DNA of 64,000 nucleotides from Gammaproteobacteria bacterium (GCA_965277715.1 OZ255836.1:3776001-3840000); one strand, 5' to 3'; positions 1 through 9,992 are shown, counted from the stretch's first letter. The notes: generated by a model from the letters alone, not told the origin. Translations and numbers: made by a program.

Positions 1-33
1 TCACGCCCAGTTCACGTGCTGTTGTTGCAATAG
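1..33 (-). pseudogene. IS3-family orfA fragment (window edge)
   Basis: Reverse complement reads IATTARELGV, similar to IAATARELEV of the IS3 orfA at 25955. Confidence 0.4.
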
Positions 34-239
34 TCGTGTAAAACTGCATTTTATACCGACGAGTTCGTCATGGTTAAATTTGGTTGAACGTTTTTTTGGC
101 ACGAAAAAATATTCTTTTTCATAGCGATGTTTAGGACACTACAATATAAATCCTGAAAGAAAAATAAGCAGGTTTGCTTGATTTTTATATAAATCCCTAC
201 TAAAGAATCATGATAACTAAACTAATAGGGGGATTAAAA

Positions 240-2300
240 ATGGTGAAACAAAACCACCAGGACAAGATAAATACAGGCCGTCGGGATTTCCTGGCTACCG
301 CAGGTAGCATGGCACTTATGGCTGCCTTTCCACTCGTTCCTAGAGCAGCCATATCGGCCACGCACGGGGAACAAGCGCCTGCCGGGGCTAAGGTTCACCG
401 CGTTGGGGTTTATCCTGCCATTGGTATCAGCCGTGTAGGCGGTAGCGATGATTATTTTCTTGCCCCTGAAGTGCCTGGTTTGCCACCCAAACCAGAAGGT
501 GGCTTTAAAGACGGCACCGAAAAAATCAAGAAACAGGCGCAGCGATTCAGGGTCTACGCATTCGACGACCAGGACCGTATTATTGGTGAGATAACCGATA
601 AACATAAAAAAACAAAAATTGAATGGCGTGTGCATTTAGCCAATACCAAAGCGGCATGGTATGGATTCAATAATCCACTGGATAATGGTCCAGCCGCCCC
701 AGGGCTTCCTGGACAAAAAAGAAACCAATACTTTGTCTCTGATGAAGAGCGAGAGAAAATGCTCGTAATTAATGGTGGTGAGAAGACTATTTCAGGTCGT
801 CACACCAATAAGCATGGCGAAGACGAGAATTACGCATTTTCCGGGACGTTTTGGGATAAGCAAACTGTCAAACTGGGGAAATTGATTACCGACCGAAAGG
901 GGCGGTTAATTGTTGTTCCGCCAAATGGCATCTCCGAGAGCCCAAATAATACCGCGATTACCAGTTTTTCTGATAACGACGGCTGGCACGATGATTGGTG
1001 TGATGGCCCCGTTCAGGCAAGTGTTACATTTGAGGATGGTACAAAGATGGAAGCCGACACTGCCTGGATAGCGTGTATCGGGCCAAATTTTGCACCGGAA
1101 ATTCCGCCTGTCACAACCTTATACGATGTTATTTCTGATATGAATGTAACCGAAGGCTGGACGCCGGAAGTGGCGCCGCCTATCTCTTTTCGCAAGCATA
1201 TTTATCCCATATTTCACCGCCTTGCGCTAATGAAATGGGTAAGCTCAGCCGCCAATTTGCGCCAGGGTTGGTTAGATGTCGGTGATTTTTCTGATCCGGC
1301 CTATCTGAAAAAAATCGCCGATCCAAGTAAGAAAAACCTTCCCTTTAGGGAGGCTCTGTTTAAGAAATTTCGCAACCCCTACAATCACAGTCCTACTGCC
1401 TATCTGGATGAAAGATTAAAAATGCCGATGATGTTGGGCGATGGCATTAATTATGATGGCAGCCCGTTACAGTGGTTTCAATTCCCCAAGCAACAATATC
1501 AATTCTTACGCTATTGGGCTGAAGGGCGATTTACTGATGATATGGATGATGATAAAGCCAACAACATTAACGGGATTGACGATATTGATATAACGCTACA
1601 GCCAAATGCACTGACCGAAGCGGCGCTAGAACCCTGCTCGGGAGGCGCTTTCCATCCAGGTGTGGAACTAACCTATTATTTGAAAATTCCACAGATGTAC
1701 GCACGCGCTTATAACAAAAAGTCTGAAGCGTTTCGATTGGCCCACCACAAACGTGGCAAACTGGTGCAGAGTGTTGGTCGATTACTCACACTTGATAAGG
1801 CTCTTGAAGGCAATCCGGCCTTGGGTGTTACCCCGCCTCTAGGCCCTCAATGGGCAGGTGACCTGACTCGCTGGATGGGGCTTCCCTGGCAATGTGATGC
1901 CTTCAGCTGTCAACAGGTTCTGGTACAGGCAGATTTTCCAACGGCGGTGTGGTGGCCTGCACTCCTGCCCATCGATGTACTGCCAGAAGAAAATTATAAT
2001 CAATTAATGAGCGATAAACTCAAGGCGCCAGAGCGCGTAAAGTTCTACGAAAATCGCGTCGACTGGAAGCGCGGTGTCGCAGGTATCGGCTACCACGCCA
2101 ACGCCAGTTATTGGGACGGCATCACCAATATGATTGCGCTATGGGAAAGAATGGGCTTTGTGGTTAAACGCGAAGGGCCTGAATCTGCAGGCAAAGGCAA
2201 AATGGCCGCTGTACCAAAAGAAATGTATGTTGAAGTAGGCCGTGGAAATGTCGAGTACCGGTTCAAGTGGAAACCGTCCATGGGAGATCTACCAAACTGA
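240..2300 (+). CDS. goxA: CTQ-dependent glycine oxidase (LodA/GoxA family) with Tat signal
   Basis: N-terminal RRDFL Tat motif; VYPAIGISRVG, FHPGVE and D-x3-C-x14-W (CDAFSC...AVWWP). His-Asp-Cys-Trp offsets 0/81/85/100 equal GoxA H466/D547/C551/W566. ATG 240 follows an AGGGGG SD. Confidence 0.88.
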   Translation: MVKQNHQDKINTGRRDFLATAGSMALMAAFPLVPRAAISATHGEQAPAGAKVHRVGVYPAIGISRVGGSDDYFLAPEVPGLPPKPEGGFKDGTEKIKKQAQRFRVYAFDDQDRIIGEITDKHKKTKIEWRVHLANTKAAWYGFNNPLDNGPAAPGLPGQKRNQYFVSDEEREKMLVINGGEKTISGRHTNKHGEDENYAFSGTFWDKQTVKLGKLITDRKGRLIVVPPNGISESPNNTAITSFSDNDGWHDDWCDGPVQASVTFEDGTKMEADTAWIACIGPNFAPEIPPVTTLYDVISDMNVTEGWTPEVAPPISFRKHIYPIFHRLALMKWVSSAANLRQGWLDVGDFSDPAYLKKIADPSKKNLPFREALFKKFRNPYNHSPTAYLDERLKMPMMLGDGINYDGSPLQWFQFPKQQYQFLRYWAEGRFTDDMDDDKANNINGIDDIDITLQPNALTEAALEPCSGGAFHPGVELTYYLKIPQMYARAYNKKSEAFRLAHHKRGKLVQSVGRLLTLDKALEGNPALGVTPPLGPQWAGDLTRWMGLPWQCDAFSCQQVLVQADFPTAVWWPALLPIDVLPEENYNQLMSDKLKAPERVKFYENRVDWKRGVAGIGYHANASYWDGITNMIALWERMGFVVKREGPESAGKGKMAAVPKEMYVEVGRGNVEYRFKWKPSMGDLPN

Positions 2301-3397
2301 ACAGCAACATCCACGAGGTGGTTGTTATTGGAGGGGGTATCGCCGCCACTTGTGCGGTGGTATCACTTGCACAGGCCGGGATTAAAAGTCTTTGGTTAAG
2401 CCCCGCTTTCGTTGATCAGCAACACCGGGTAGGCGAATCACTTGCGCCAGCGGCCAATACTCTGTTGGCCGGGTTAGGCTTGTCGGGGTTACTGGATAAG
2501 CCCGCACACCGCCATTCCAACTCGCTGTTTTCAGCCTGGGGACAGGCACTTTTGGTTGAGCGCAATGCGGCTATTCACCTGGAAGGTGCGGGGCATGTCA
2601 TCGACCGCAATCAATTTGAAAAAGATTTGTATCAACGCGCCAGCGAGGTATGCGCACAATTTATTGAGGGAAATGTAAAAAGCTATTCAGTTGAGTCAGG
2701 TGTCTGGCATTTACTCACCGAACAATCGGTAAAAATTCGCAGCCGTTTTTTAATCGATGCAACCGGGCGTGCGCAAAAGATTGGTAAATCTTTTTCGACA
2801 TCCCATACACAGGATCACCTGATCGCTGCGTACTGCTTTCTTAAGCAAAGAAAAAATAGCCAGGTACACGTTACACCTGCCACCCTTATTGAAACTGTCG
2901 AAACCGGGTGGTGGTATGCTTCACTGCTCTCCAGTGGAGAGCTCACGCTTAATTACTACACTGATCCCGATTTAATACCGAAAAAAATTACGACCAGCCT
3001 TGAAAATTGGTTGGCACTAATTGCTCAAACACAGCATATAGCCTATTGGCTGGATGATGCAGAGTTTACCGTTGATTCACCAGCAAAAATAAGCAGTGCC
3101 GCCAGCCGCTGGTTAACACCTGCCGCTGGTATAGAGCAGAAAGCCGCCTGGGCGGCTATCGGCGATGCGGCAGCTTCCTTTGATCCACTGTCTGCGCATG
3201 GTATGACAACAGCATTATGGGCGGCAACGCGTATGCCAGAATTAGTGAAAAAAGCGCACGTACAGGACTATCAGCCTTTGCACGATTATGCCGATGCTGT
3301 CGATAAAGGCGTTCGAGCGTTTCTCGACCAACGAAAAACCATGTACCAGCAGGAAACCCGATATGCGCAAGCCCCTTTCTGGGTGCGGCGTCAATAG
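2297..3397 (+). CDS. goxB: FAD-dependent CTQ maturation flavoprotein (LodB/GoxB)
   Basis: VVVIGGG Rossmann motif, VGESL, DATGR, IGDAAASFDPLSAHG; overlaps the goxA stop; start uncertain (CTG 2297, ORF track gives 2267). Confidence 0.85.
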   Translation: MNSNIHEVVVIGGGIAATCAVVSLAQAGIKSLWLSPAFVDQQHRVGESLAPAANTLLAGLGLSGLLDKPAHRHSNSLFSAWGQALLVERNAAIHLEGAGHVIDRNQFEKDLYQRASEVCAQFIEGNVKSYSVESGVWHLLTEQSVKIRSRFLIDATGRAQKIGKSFSTSHTQDHLIAAYCFLKQRKNSQVHVTPATLIETVETGWWYASLLSSGELTLNYYTDPDLIPKKITTSLENWLALIAQTQHIAYWLDDAEFTVDSPAKISSAASRWLTPAAGIEQKAAWAAIGDAAASFDPLSAHGMTTALWAATRMPELVKKAHVQDYQPLHDYADAVDKGVRAFLDQRKTMYQQETRYAQAPFWVRRQ

Positions 3398-3678
3398 TGT
3401 TTTTGTGATTGTATGAGGGCGGTTGGTTTTTAGCAAAAAAGTGACGCGTTGCTCTTGCCGGGTTAAATCAATTTTCTTCTGTTCCAATAGTTGCTGGATC
3501 AGTGTTCTTATCAGAAAAAATGCGTATGAATTTTTCTAAAACGGCAAATCAGTTCGCGCATTTTATGGGTTGAACTGCACTCGCCCTATTCGCCACGGCT
3601 TTATGTGATTAGTGCTATACGTAATAATAACGTCCCTGGTAGAATGTCTTGTTAACCATCAGCTTAGGAGTTGGAAGT

Positions 3679-4548
3679 ATGAAAATAGAAGCAATGATTG
3701 TTTTGGCAGTAACCGTATTATTGCCCGTGCACGCTAATACAAAAGAGAGCAATCACGACGCATATGAAGCGGTCCCTGATAAAGTTATATCTGAACAAAG
3801 AGCCAAGCTCGCAGCCGCGACAAAAGGCAAAGGGTTTGGCCCTCAATCCCCTCGGGATATTGATGCAGTGGCAGGCAGTAACACACGATTGTTTAGCGCT
3901 GCACCGTCATCTACAGAAATGAATCTTTGCAATATCCATTTTCACAAAAGTGCTGAGCATAAAGGCGGCGAGTTTACAAAATATGCAGGTAATGGCGATG
4001 GACACGGGTTCCAAAGTGGCTATGAGTATTCAGGTAAATTGAGTGCTTCAGAGCTTAAGCCAGTAGAGCAGGGTATTTGCCCAGGCAAGCACGGTGCTTT
4101 AAATGCGGGGGATACTATCGAAGCTCACTATGTCTACTCAACCGCTCAGGTTAAACCAGGCCCTACACTGGGTTCGTGCCTAAGCGATGCGATCAATAAC
4201 CCTCAGTTGCGCGTAGAAGCACAAGTGTATGTTTTAGTGAATGATAAAAAAGCCCTTAATTTCGGCGACTTAGCCCAATACGGAAAAAAGAATGGTTTAT
4301 ATCAGGCAGTGAATATACCAGGCAATACAGGTACACCTATCCAGTATGCCGGGTCTACTACAGGCCCGGGTTACAATGAAAAAGGTTCTCCATTTCAAGT
4401 GACGTGGCGTGTGCGGCCTAATGTAGCCAAAGTGAATCTTGAAAGTGTTGGCAAATGGTGTGAAGGCAATGTATTTGATGAAGATCACGCGCATGGTGTA
4501 AGAAATCTTGTTATCAACCTTGATCTTCTTTCAAAAATTGACCATTAA
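3679..4548 (+). CDS. Secreted delta-class carbonic anhydrase-like protein
   Basis: Signal peptide ending VHA; GPQSPRDI, LCNIHFHKSAEH, EAHYVYS, YAGSTTGP, HAHGVR; AGGAG SD before ATG 3679. Confidence 0.75.
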   Translation: MKIEAMIVLAVTVLLPVHANTKESNHDAYEAVPDKVISEQRAKLAAATKGKGFGPQSPRDIDAVAGSNTRLFSAAPSSTEMNLCNIHFHKSAEHKGGEFTKYAGNGDGHGFQSGYEYSGKLSASELKPVEQGICPGKHGALNAGDTIEAHYVYSTAQVKPGPTLGSCLSDAINNPQLRVEAQVYVLVNDKKALNFGDLAQYGKKNGLYQAVNIPGNTGTPIQYAGSTTGPGYNEKGSPFQVTWRVRPNVAKVNLESVGKWCEGNVFDEDHAHGVRNLVINLDLLSKIDH

Positions 4549-4602
4549 GTGATAGCCAATATGCTCTTACATACATAGGCACTAACGAGGGAAATTTATT
4601 CG

Positions 4603-4635
4603 GGCCACCCAAGGTTTCACCAGATTTGGGTGGCC
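4603..4635. terminator. GC-rich hairpin downstream of the carbonic anhydrase gene
   Basis: GGCCACCCAA...TTGGGTGGCC 10-bp stem; no clear U-tract. Confidence 0.4.
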
Positions 4636-4962
4636 TGGTAAACTAAAAAGGATAAGCACTATAAAAAGCAGCACAAGCGCAATCTGACAATGGAAAATAA
4701 TATTCAGAGTCGCTGAGTTTTGTTTTAGTGAAAATTATTTTTTCAGGAAAAGCAAAAATAACCTACTGTGACTAGTGCAATCAGGCACCTCGGGCCTGTT
4801 GGCGATACCAGCGCGAATGGGGTTGGGATCGACATAGATCATATTGACCAATCACGATTCTTCAGAGTGCAGTGCTTGTGATTTAAACCGTTGCCACACA
4901 AACCACCACACAGTGATACACTGCGCGCCGACAAACCAGGCCCGTTCGATACGCGAATCCAC

Positions 4963-6540
4963 TTGAGCAATAACACACACAATCCCCCTAAAGGCGGCCT
5001 GGTACGCTCTGGCATGGTTGTCAGTGCAATGACTTTTCTCTCGCGGATTCTCGGTTTTGTCCGCGATCAGGTGTTTGCCATTGTGTTCGGTGCCGGGCCG
5101 CTGACGGATGCGTTTGTGGTCGCTTTTAAAATCCCCAACTTTTTCCGGCGCCTGTTTGGCGAGGGGGCGTTTGCCCAGGCGTTTGTGCCGGTTTTCACTG
5201 AATACAAAGAAAAGCGCGATGCCGCTGCACTGCGCGATTTGGCCGCGCATATCTCCGGCACGCTGGGCGGTGTGTTGCTCTTGATTACCACCGTTGGTGT
5301 CGCTGCCGCGCCGCTGTTGATTATGTTATTCGCCCCTGGGTTTGTCGATGATGCTGCGCGTTATGATCTGGCTGTCGATATGCTGCGCTTGACCTTTCCC
5401 TATTTACTGTTTATTTCACTGGTCGCCTATGCCGGTGGGATTTTGAACAGCCACGGGAAATTTGCGATACCTGCGGTTACACCGGTGTTGCTGAATGTCT
5501 GCCTGATTACTGCCACTGTATCGTTTGCCGACCGCACCGAGCCGCCGATTATGGCGGTGGCATTTGGGGTGTTTGTCGCCGGGTTGGTGCAGCTACTGTT
5601 TCAACTGCCGTTTTTAATGCAGTTAAAACTGTTGCCACGGCCACGCTGGCAGTGGCAACACAGTGGTGTGCAGAGGATTTTCAAGCTGATGTTGCCCGCT
5701 ATCTTTGGCTCTTCCGTGGCACAAATCAGTGTGTTGCTGGATACGGTGCTGGCCTCGTTTTTAATCACAGGCAGCGTTTCCTGGCTGTATTTCTCTGATC
5801 GTTTGGTGGAGTTCCCACTGGGTATATTTGGTGTGGCGCTGGCCACAGTGATATTGCCGAGGCTGTCACAACAACACACACAATCAGCGACGGCGGCATT
5901 CAATCACACGCTGGATAATGCCCTGCGGTTGGGGCTGTTGATCAGCCTGCCCTCGGCGCTTGGGCTGCTGGTGCTCGCTGTACCGATGCTGACTACGCTG
6001 TTTCAATACGGCGCTTTTTCCGCACACGATACGTTAATGTCCTCGCTTAGCTTAATGGCGTACTCACTGGCACTGCCGGCCTTTGTGTTAATTAAAATTT
6101 TTGCGCCCGGGTTTTTTGCCCGCCAGGATACCGCCACGCCGGTGAGGATTGGCGTGAAAGCACTGTTGATAAAAATGCTGTTGAGTGTGGCGATTGTTGT
6201 GCCGATGGTTGTGTACAACTACGCGGCACCCCATGTTGGCCTGGCGCTGTCGACCACACTGTTTGCCTGGATTCACGCCGCTATGCTGTACAAAGGGCTG
6301 TGCGCTCACGCGGTGTATGCACCGGGTGCTGGCTGGGGGCGTTTCTCGGTACAGATTGGCGTGGCGCTGCTGTCGATGGGATTGGTGTTGTACAGTGTGT
6401 TGCCTGACCCGGATTATTGGTCGGCCGCCGTTTATTGGCAGCGTGCGCTCAGTCTTATAGGGATTATCGGCGCTGCCGGGTGTCTATACGCGGCTGTTCT
6501 GTATTTGATGGGCTTGCGTCCACGCCACTTCACACACTAA
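4963..6540 (+). CDS. murJ: Lipid II flippase MurJ (MviN)
   Basis: SRILGFVRD, AFKIPNFFRRLFGEGAF, DRLVEFPLG; multi-TM; start approximate (TTG 4963). Confidence 0.95.
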   Translation: MSNNTHNPPKGGLVRSGMVVSAMTFLSRILGFVRDQVFAIVFGAGPLTDAFVVAFKIPNFFRRLFGEGAFAQAFVPVFTEYKEKRDAAALRDLAAHISGTLGGVLLLITTVGVAAAPLLIMLFAPGFVDDAARYDLAVDMLRLTFPYLLFISLVAYAGGILNSHGKFAIPAVTPVLLNVCLITATVSFADRTEPPIMAVAFGVFVAGLVQLLFQLPFLMQLKLLPRPRWQWQHSGVQRIFKLMLPAIFGSSVAQISVLLDTVLASFLITGSVSWLYFSDRLVEFPLGIFGVALATVILPRLSQQHTQSATAAFNHTLDNALRLGLLISLPSALGLLVLAVPMLTTLFQYGAFSAHDTLMSSLSLMAYSLALPAFVLIKIFAPGFFARQDTATPVRIGVKALLIKMLLSVAIVVPMVVYNYAAPHVGLALSTTLFAWIHAAMLYKGLCAHAVYAPGAGWGRFSVQIGVALLSMGLVLYSVLPDPDYWSAAVYWQRALSLIGIIGAAGCLYAAVLYLMGLRPRHFTH

Positions 6541-6551
6541 TCTCTACCCCT

Positions 6552-7490
6552 ATGGAACTGATTCGCGGAACCCACAACCTACGCGCCCACCACCGTGGCT
6601 GTGTGGTAACTATTGGCAATTTCGACGGGGTGCACCACGGTCACTGTGCCGTGCTCGACGGCCTGAAAAAACGGGCCAACGCACTGTGTGTACCCACCTG
6701 TGTGATGACTTTTGAGCCACTGCCGCTGGAATATTTTGCACGTGACAAAGCCCCTGTGCGCTTAATGGGGTTTCGCAGCAAATACCAGCGTTTGCAGGCA
6801 CTAGGTATTGACCGTTTGTTCGTATTAGCATTTAACCACCGTTTGGCCAACAGCTCGGCGGAGGATTTTATTAACGAGATATTGGTCGATGGGCTGGGCG
6901 TCCAGCATATTGTTATCGGTGACGATTTTCGCTTTGGCCATCAACGGCGTGGCGATTTCGCTATGCTGCAAGCACACGGTGATGTCCATCACTTCAGTGT
7001 CGAGCCAACCGGTACTTACCGTCAGGATGCGCAGCGCATTAGCAGCACGCGCATTCGCGAGGTATTGTCGCAGGGTGACCTGGCATTGGCGACCCGGCTA
7101 CTCGGTGAGCCGTTTAGTATTGAAGGCCGGGTGATTCACGGTGACAAACGGGGCCGCACGATAGGTTACCCCACGGCGAATGTTCACCTGCACCGCCAGC
7201 ATATGCCGTTGCAGGGGGTTTTTGTGGTCGAGGCGGTCTGTGCTGATGGCCGGCGTTATAAGGGCATGGCCAATCTTGGCACCCGCCCCACTATCGACGA
7301 TAGCGAACGGGTTTCTCTGGAAGTGAATCTATTCGATTTTGCCGGGGATATTTATGGCCAGCGGCTGCGGGTCATTTTTTACCACTACATTCGGGGCATC
7401 CTAAAATACGATTCGCTCGAAGCCCTGACCGGAGCCATCGCTGAGGATGAACGTATATCGCGGCGTTTTTTTGCTGAACAAGCCCATTAG
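6552..7490 (+). CDS. ribF: Bifunctional riboflavin kinase/FAD synthetase
   Basis: IGNFDGVHHGH, ISSTRIR, GRTIGYPTAN; canonical murJ-ribF order. Confidence 0.95.
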   Translation: MELIRGTHNLRAHHRGCVVTIGNFDGVHHGHCAVLDGLKKRANALCVPTCVMTFEPLPLEYFARDKAPVRLMGFRSKYQRLQALGIDRLFVLAFNHRLANSSAEDFINEILVDGLGVQHIVIGDDFRFGHQRRGDFAMLQAHGDVHHFSVEPTGTYRQDAQRISSTRIREVLSQGDLALATRLLGEPFSIEGRVIHGDKRGRTIGYPTANVHLHRQHMPLQGVFVVEAVCADGRRYKGMANLGTRPTIDDSERVSLEVNLFDFAGDIYGQRLRVIFYHYIRGILKYDSLEALTGAIAEDERISRRFFAEQAH

Positions 7491-7570
7491 ATACGTCGCA
7501 GCCAACGCAAAACGCGTCGCTGATACGGGCTTGTCTGTACACTGTTCTCACTTACACTTTTAGCTTCACG

Positions 7571-7750
7571 CGATGGTTCTGGCGGGTTTTAAACCTGTCA
7601 GGTAAATGGGAATCTGCACAGTGTGCCAATACTGAAGCAGAGCTGCCCCCGCAACTGTAAACGGCGAGTTGTTAGCGAATAGCCACTGGTGTTCTGTACA
7701 CCGGGAAGGGCGTTAGCGATAAAGACCCGCAGCCAGGAAACCAGCCATCG
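7571..7750 (+). ncRNA. Cobalamin (B12) riboswitch
   Basis: P1 CGATGG/CCATCG; conserved blocks AATGGGAA, GCCCCCGCAACTGTAA, GCCACTG, GGGAAGG, AGCCAGGAAACC. Confidence 0.9.
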
Positions 7751-7847
7751 GCTTTCAATCCACATTAAGGGTGCCGAAAACGTTGCGCGTGCAGGTGTTT
7801 TCCAACCCTTCTATTGTACGACCGGGGTGTGTCGTCGAGGTAAGCTT

Positions 7848-8177
7848 ATGACTGCGTTTAAACTGTATCGAAATCTGTTTATGCACCCAAACTGTGATGC
7901 CCAAAAAATTATCTATTACGCGCTGACCAGTGACGACTTGCACCAGCATGCGCCACGGCAGATTTTAATGTCGTGGATTATGGATTTACCCCAAAATCTC
8001 GACCCGGCGGCGGCGGCCAAAACACTGATCGAAACCTATACGCAGCACCCCGGTTTGGTGCAGGGCGAAGCGCAAAAGGAATTGTTGACGCTGCTGTATG
8101 AGGTCAGTGTTTCAGACCCCAAAAAACAGAAACGCGGGCATGCTTCGGGGCGCAGGCGGCGAAGCTGGCGCAGTTAA
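7848..8177 (+). CDS. Hypothetical 109-aa protein with basic C-terminal tail, downstream of B12 riboswitch
   Basis: GAGG SD before ATG 7848; the longer ORF from 7689 would overlap the aptamer. Confidence 0.7.
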   Translation: MTAFKLYRNLFMHPNCDAQKIIYYALTSDDLHQHAPRQILMSWIMDLPQNLDPAAAAKTLIETYTQHPGLVQGEAQKELLTLLYEVSVSDPKKQKRGHASGRRRRSWRS

Positions 8178-9374
8178 ATGTTAACCATCGCCGACCTGGA
8201 TCAGCACCTCAGTAACCACGGTAATTTTTGTTTAATCGATTGGTTGCTGCTCGACGGTATTTTGGCGTACAGCGACTATGAAGCCTGGCGCTACGTCCAA
8301 CGCGATCACCTCGATACCTGCCTGGCATTGAAAAAAGGCCAACTGAATACCTTGTTTATCGATGCGAGCACACACTGCCAGTCTCTGGGTTTAGTTGCAG
8401 AAACACAGACGCTTTACCCCTGGGACAAGCAACGGGAAACACCGCTTAGCGCCAGTAGTAGCCGTACAAAGCATCGGCAGTTGACACAGAAATGGCTACC
8501 GGGAAAAGCGGCACCACAGTTAGATTTGTTTATCGATAATGCTGCCGCTATCGCAGAAAACCATTTGCGTGAAGCATTAATAAACCGGCAGTGGGAGAGT
8601 ACCGAGCACTATCTGAATAAAATGGCCGCCCTGAACCCGATGCAGTCGACGCTGGGGGCTTATCAGGGGTTGGTCAGTTATGCTCAACACATGGCGGCGT
8701 GCCCTGATGTGGCCGCAGAGGCTGTGCAAACGGAGTTGTCCGGTCTGGAAAATGAAGTGGAACCGTTGGCGCGTGAGGTGCTCGGTCAGCAGGCGAGGGA
8801 TTTTCTCAGCGTTGCCTGGCGCCGCCTTGCACGGGGCATGAGCGCATCACCTGCCGACCCGGACATAGCGCATAAACACCCGAGTTACGCGCTAATGAAA
8901 ATCCCCGACTGGCAGGCGCTGCAACACTGCCTGCTCGCCGATACGGCGCTTTACCGCCATCCGGTATTGCTCGCACGCCTGGCAACCAGCTATAGCGCCA
9001 CCCGACAAGACCGCAAAGCCCTGCTGCTTTGGTGCCTGGTAGCGGATGGCTTTCCAGAGCAACTGCCCGAACTGCTCGAACAGCACACGCAACAGGCCAT
9101 TTATACGCTGTGGGAAGACTTTCAGGCACTGTTTGAGTACCGGGAGGGGGGCGAGGTGTTGTTTGCCGCGTATGTGGTATTAAAACGCCCCGCGCTGCTT
9201 GCTGTGGGTCACTCGTTTCAGTCGTTGCAACACAATGCCTCTCAGGCGGCTATTGATCTGGCCTTGTGTCGGCAGCAAAACAAGGACGAGATAGCCGCGA
9301 GAGAGGCATTGAAAGCCGCCAGCCCGGTGTTGTTGTCGTCCTATCTAAAAGATCACGGGTCGCCTGCCCATTAG
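8178..9374 (+). CDS. Hypothetical helical protein (398 aa)
   Basis: Long ORF starting immediately after the upstream TAA; no recognisable catalytic motif. Confidence 0.75.
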   Translation: MLTIADLDQHLSNHGNFCLIDWLLLDGILAYSDYEAWRYVQRDHLDTCLALKKGQLNTLFIDASTHCQSLGLVAETQTLYPWDKQRETPLSASSSRTKHRQLTQKWLPGKAAPQLDLFIDNAAAIAENHLREALINRQWESTEHYLNKMAALNPMQSTLGAYQGLVSYAQHMAACPDVAAEAVQTELSGLENEVEPLAREVLGQQARDFLSVAWRRLARGMSASPADPDIAHKHPSYALMKIPDWQALQHCLLADTALYRHPVLLARLATSYSATRQDRKALLLWCLVADGFPEQLPELLEQHTQQAIYTLWEDFQALFEYREGGEVLFAAYVVLKRPALLAVGHSFQSLQHNASQAAIDLALCRQQNKDEIAAREALKAASPVLLSSYLKDHGSPAH

Positions 9375-9418
9375 CCCGACGGTTAAGTTAAGGGTTTTAC
9401 TATAACGGTAGATAAGCT

Positions 9419-9796
9419 ATGCCCCATCTCACACTCGAATACACCAATAACCTCGATTTACCGGCTGACACTAACGCGGTGTTGCTTGCGCTACACCAAG
9501 TACTGCAAGACGTTGGGGGAATTAATATTGCCAACTGTAAAAGCCGTCTCTATCCGCTGGCGCACTTTTTCATTGCCGATAATCAGCGCGATGAGGGGTT
9601 TGTTCATCTCGATATTGTCTTTGTGCGTGGCCGCAGTGATGCGGTAAAAGCGCAGATCAGCCAGCAGTGCCTGGACATTCTCAAGGCGGCATTTTTACCG
9701 ATGGCGCAAATACCGGTGCAAATTACGGTTAATGTGGGTGATATACCGCTGGAAATGTATAGCAAATACCCGGAGGGGACGTTGACTGTGCAGTGA
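9419..9796 (+). CDS. 5-carboxymethyl-2-hydroxymuconate isomerase-like tautomerase
   Basis: MPH start (catalytic Pro1), LEYTNNL, KSR, FVH, GRS. Confidence 0.85.
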   Translation: MPHLTLEYTNNLDLPADTNAVLLALHQVLQDVGGINIANCKSRLYPLAHFFIADNQRDEGFVHLDIVFVRGRSDAVKAQISQQCLDILKAAFLPMAQIPVQITVNVGDIPLEMYSKYPEGTLTVQ

Positions 9797-9844
9797 TTCT
9801 ACAGGGTAAAAATGCGACTCTTTATTTAGGTTGAATAACTGACT

Positions 9845-9921
9845 TAGGAGCGTGCACGAAATAAATTAAGGTAGATCGACACATTTGCAAACCCCGGAAG
9901 TTATTTCGTACACGTTTCTTA
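9845..9921. repeat. MITE-like element, family A (copy 1)
   Basis: Imperfect ~20-bp terminal IR TAGGAGCGTGCACGAAATAA / TTATTTCGTACACGTTTCTTA; ~55 bp shared with 61474-61528. Confidence 0.7.
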
Positions 9922-9992
9922 GTAGTTGTACGGATAAACACTAAAAACACCGACTAAAAGTACATGCTATGGTTTTTTGTGGGCAATTTTCA

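Noticed and set aside
96-113. Sigma-54 promoter for goxA (TTGGCACG)
   Set aside because: No GC at the -12 position
7689-7847. N-terminal extension of the 162-aa ORF
   Set aside because: Overlaps the riboswitch aptamer; a better SD/ATG exists at 7848
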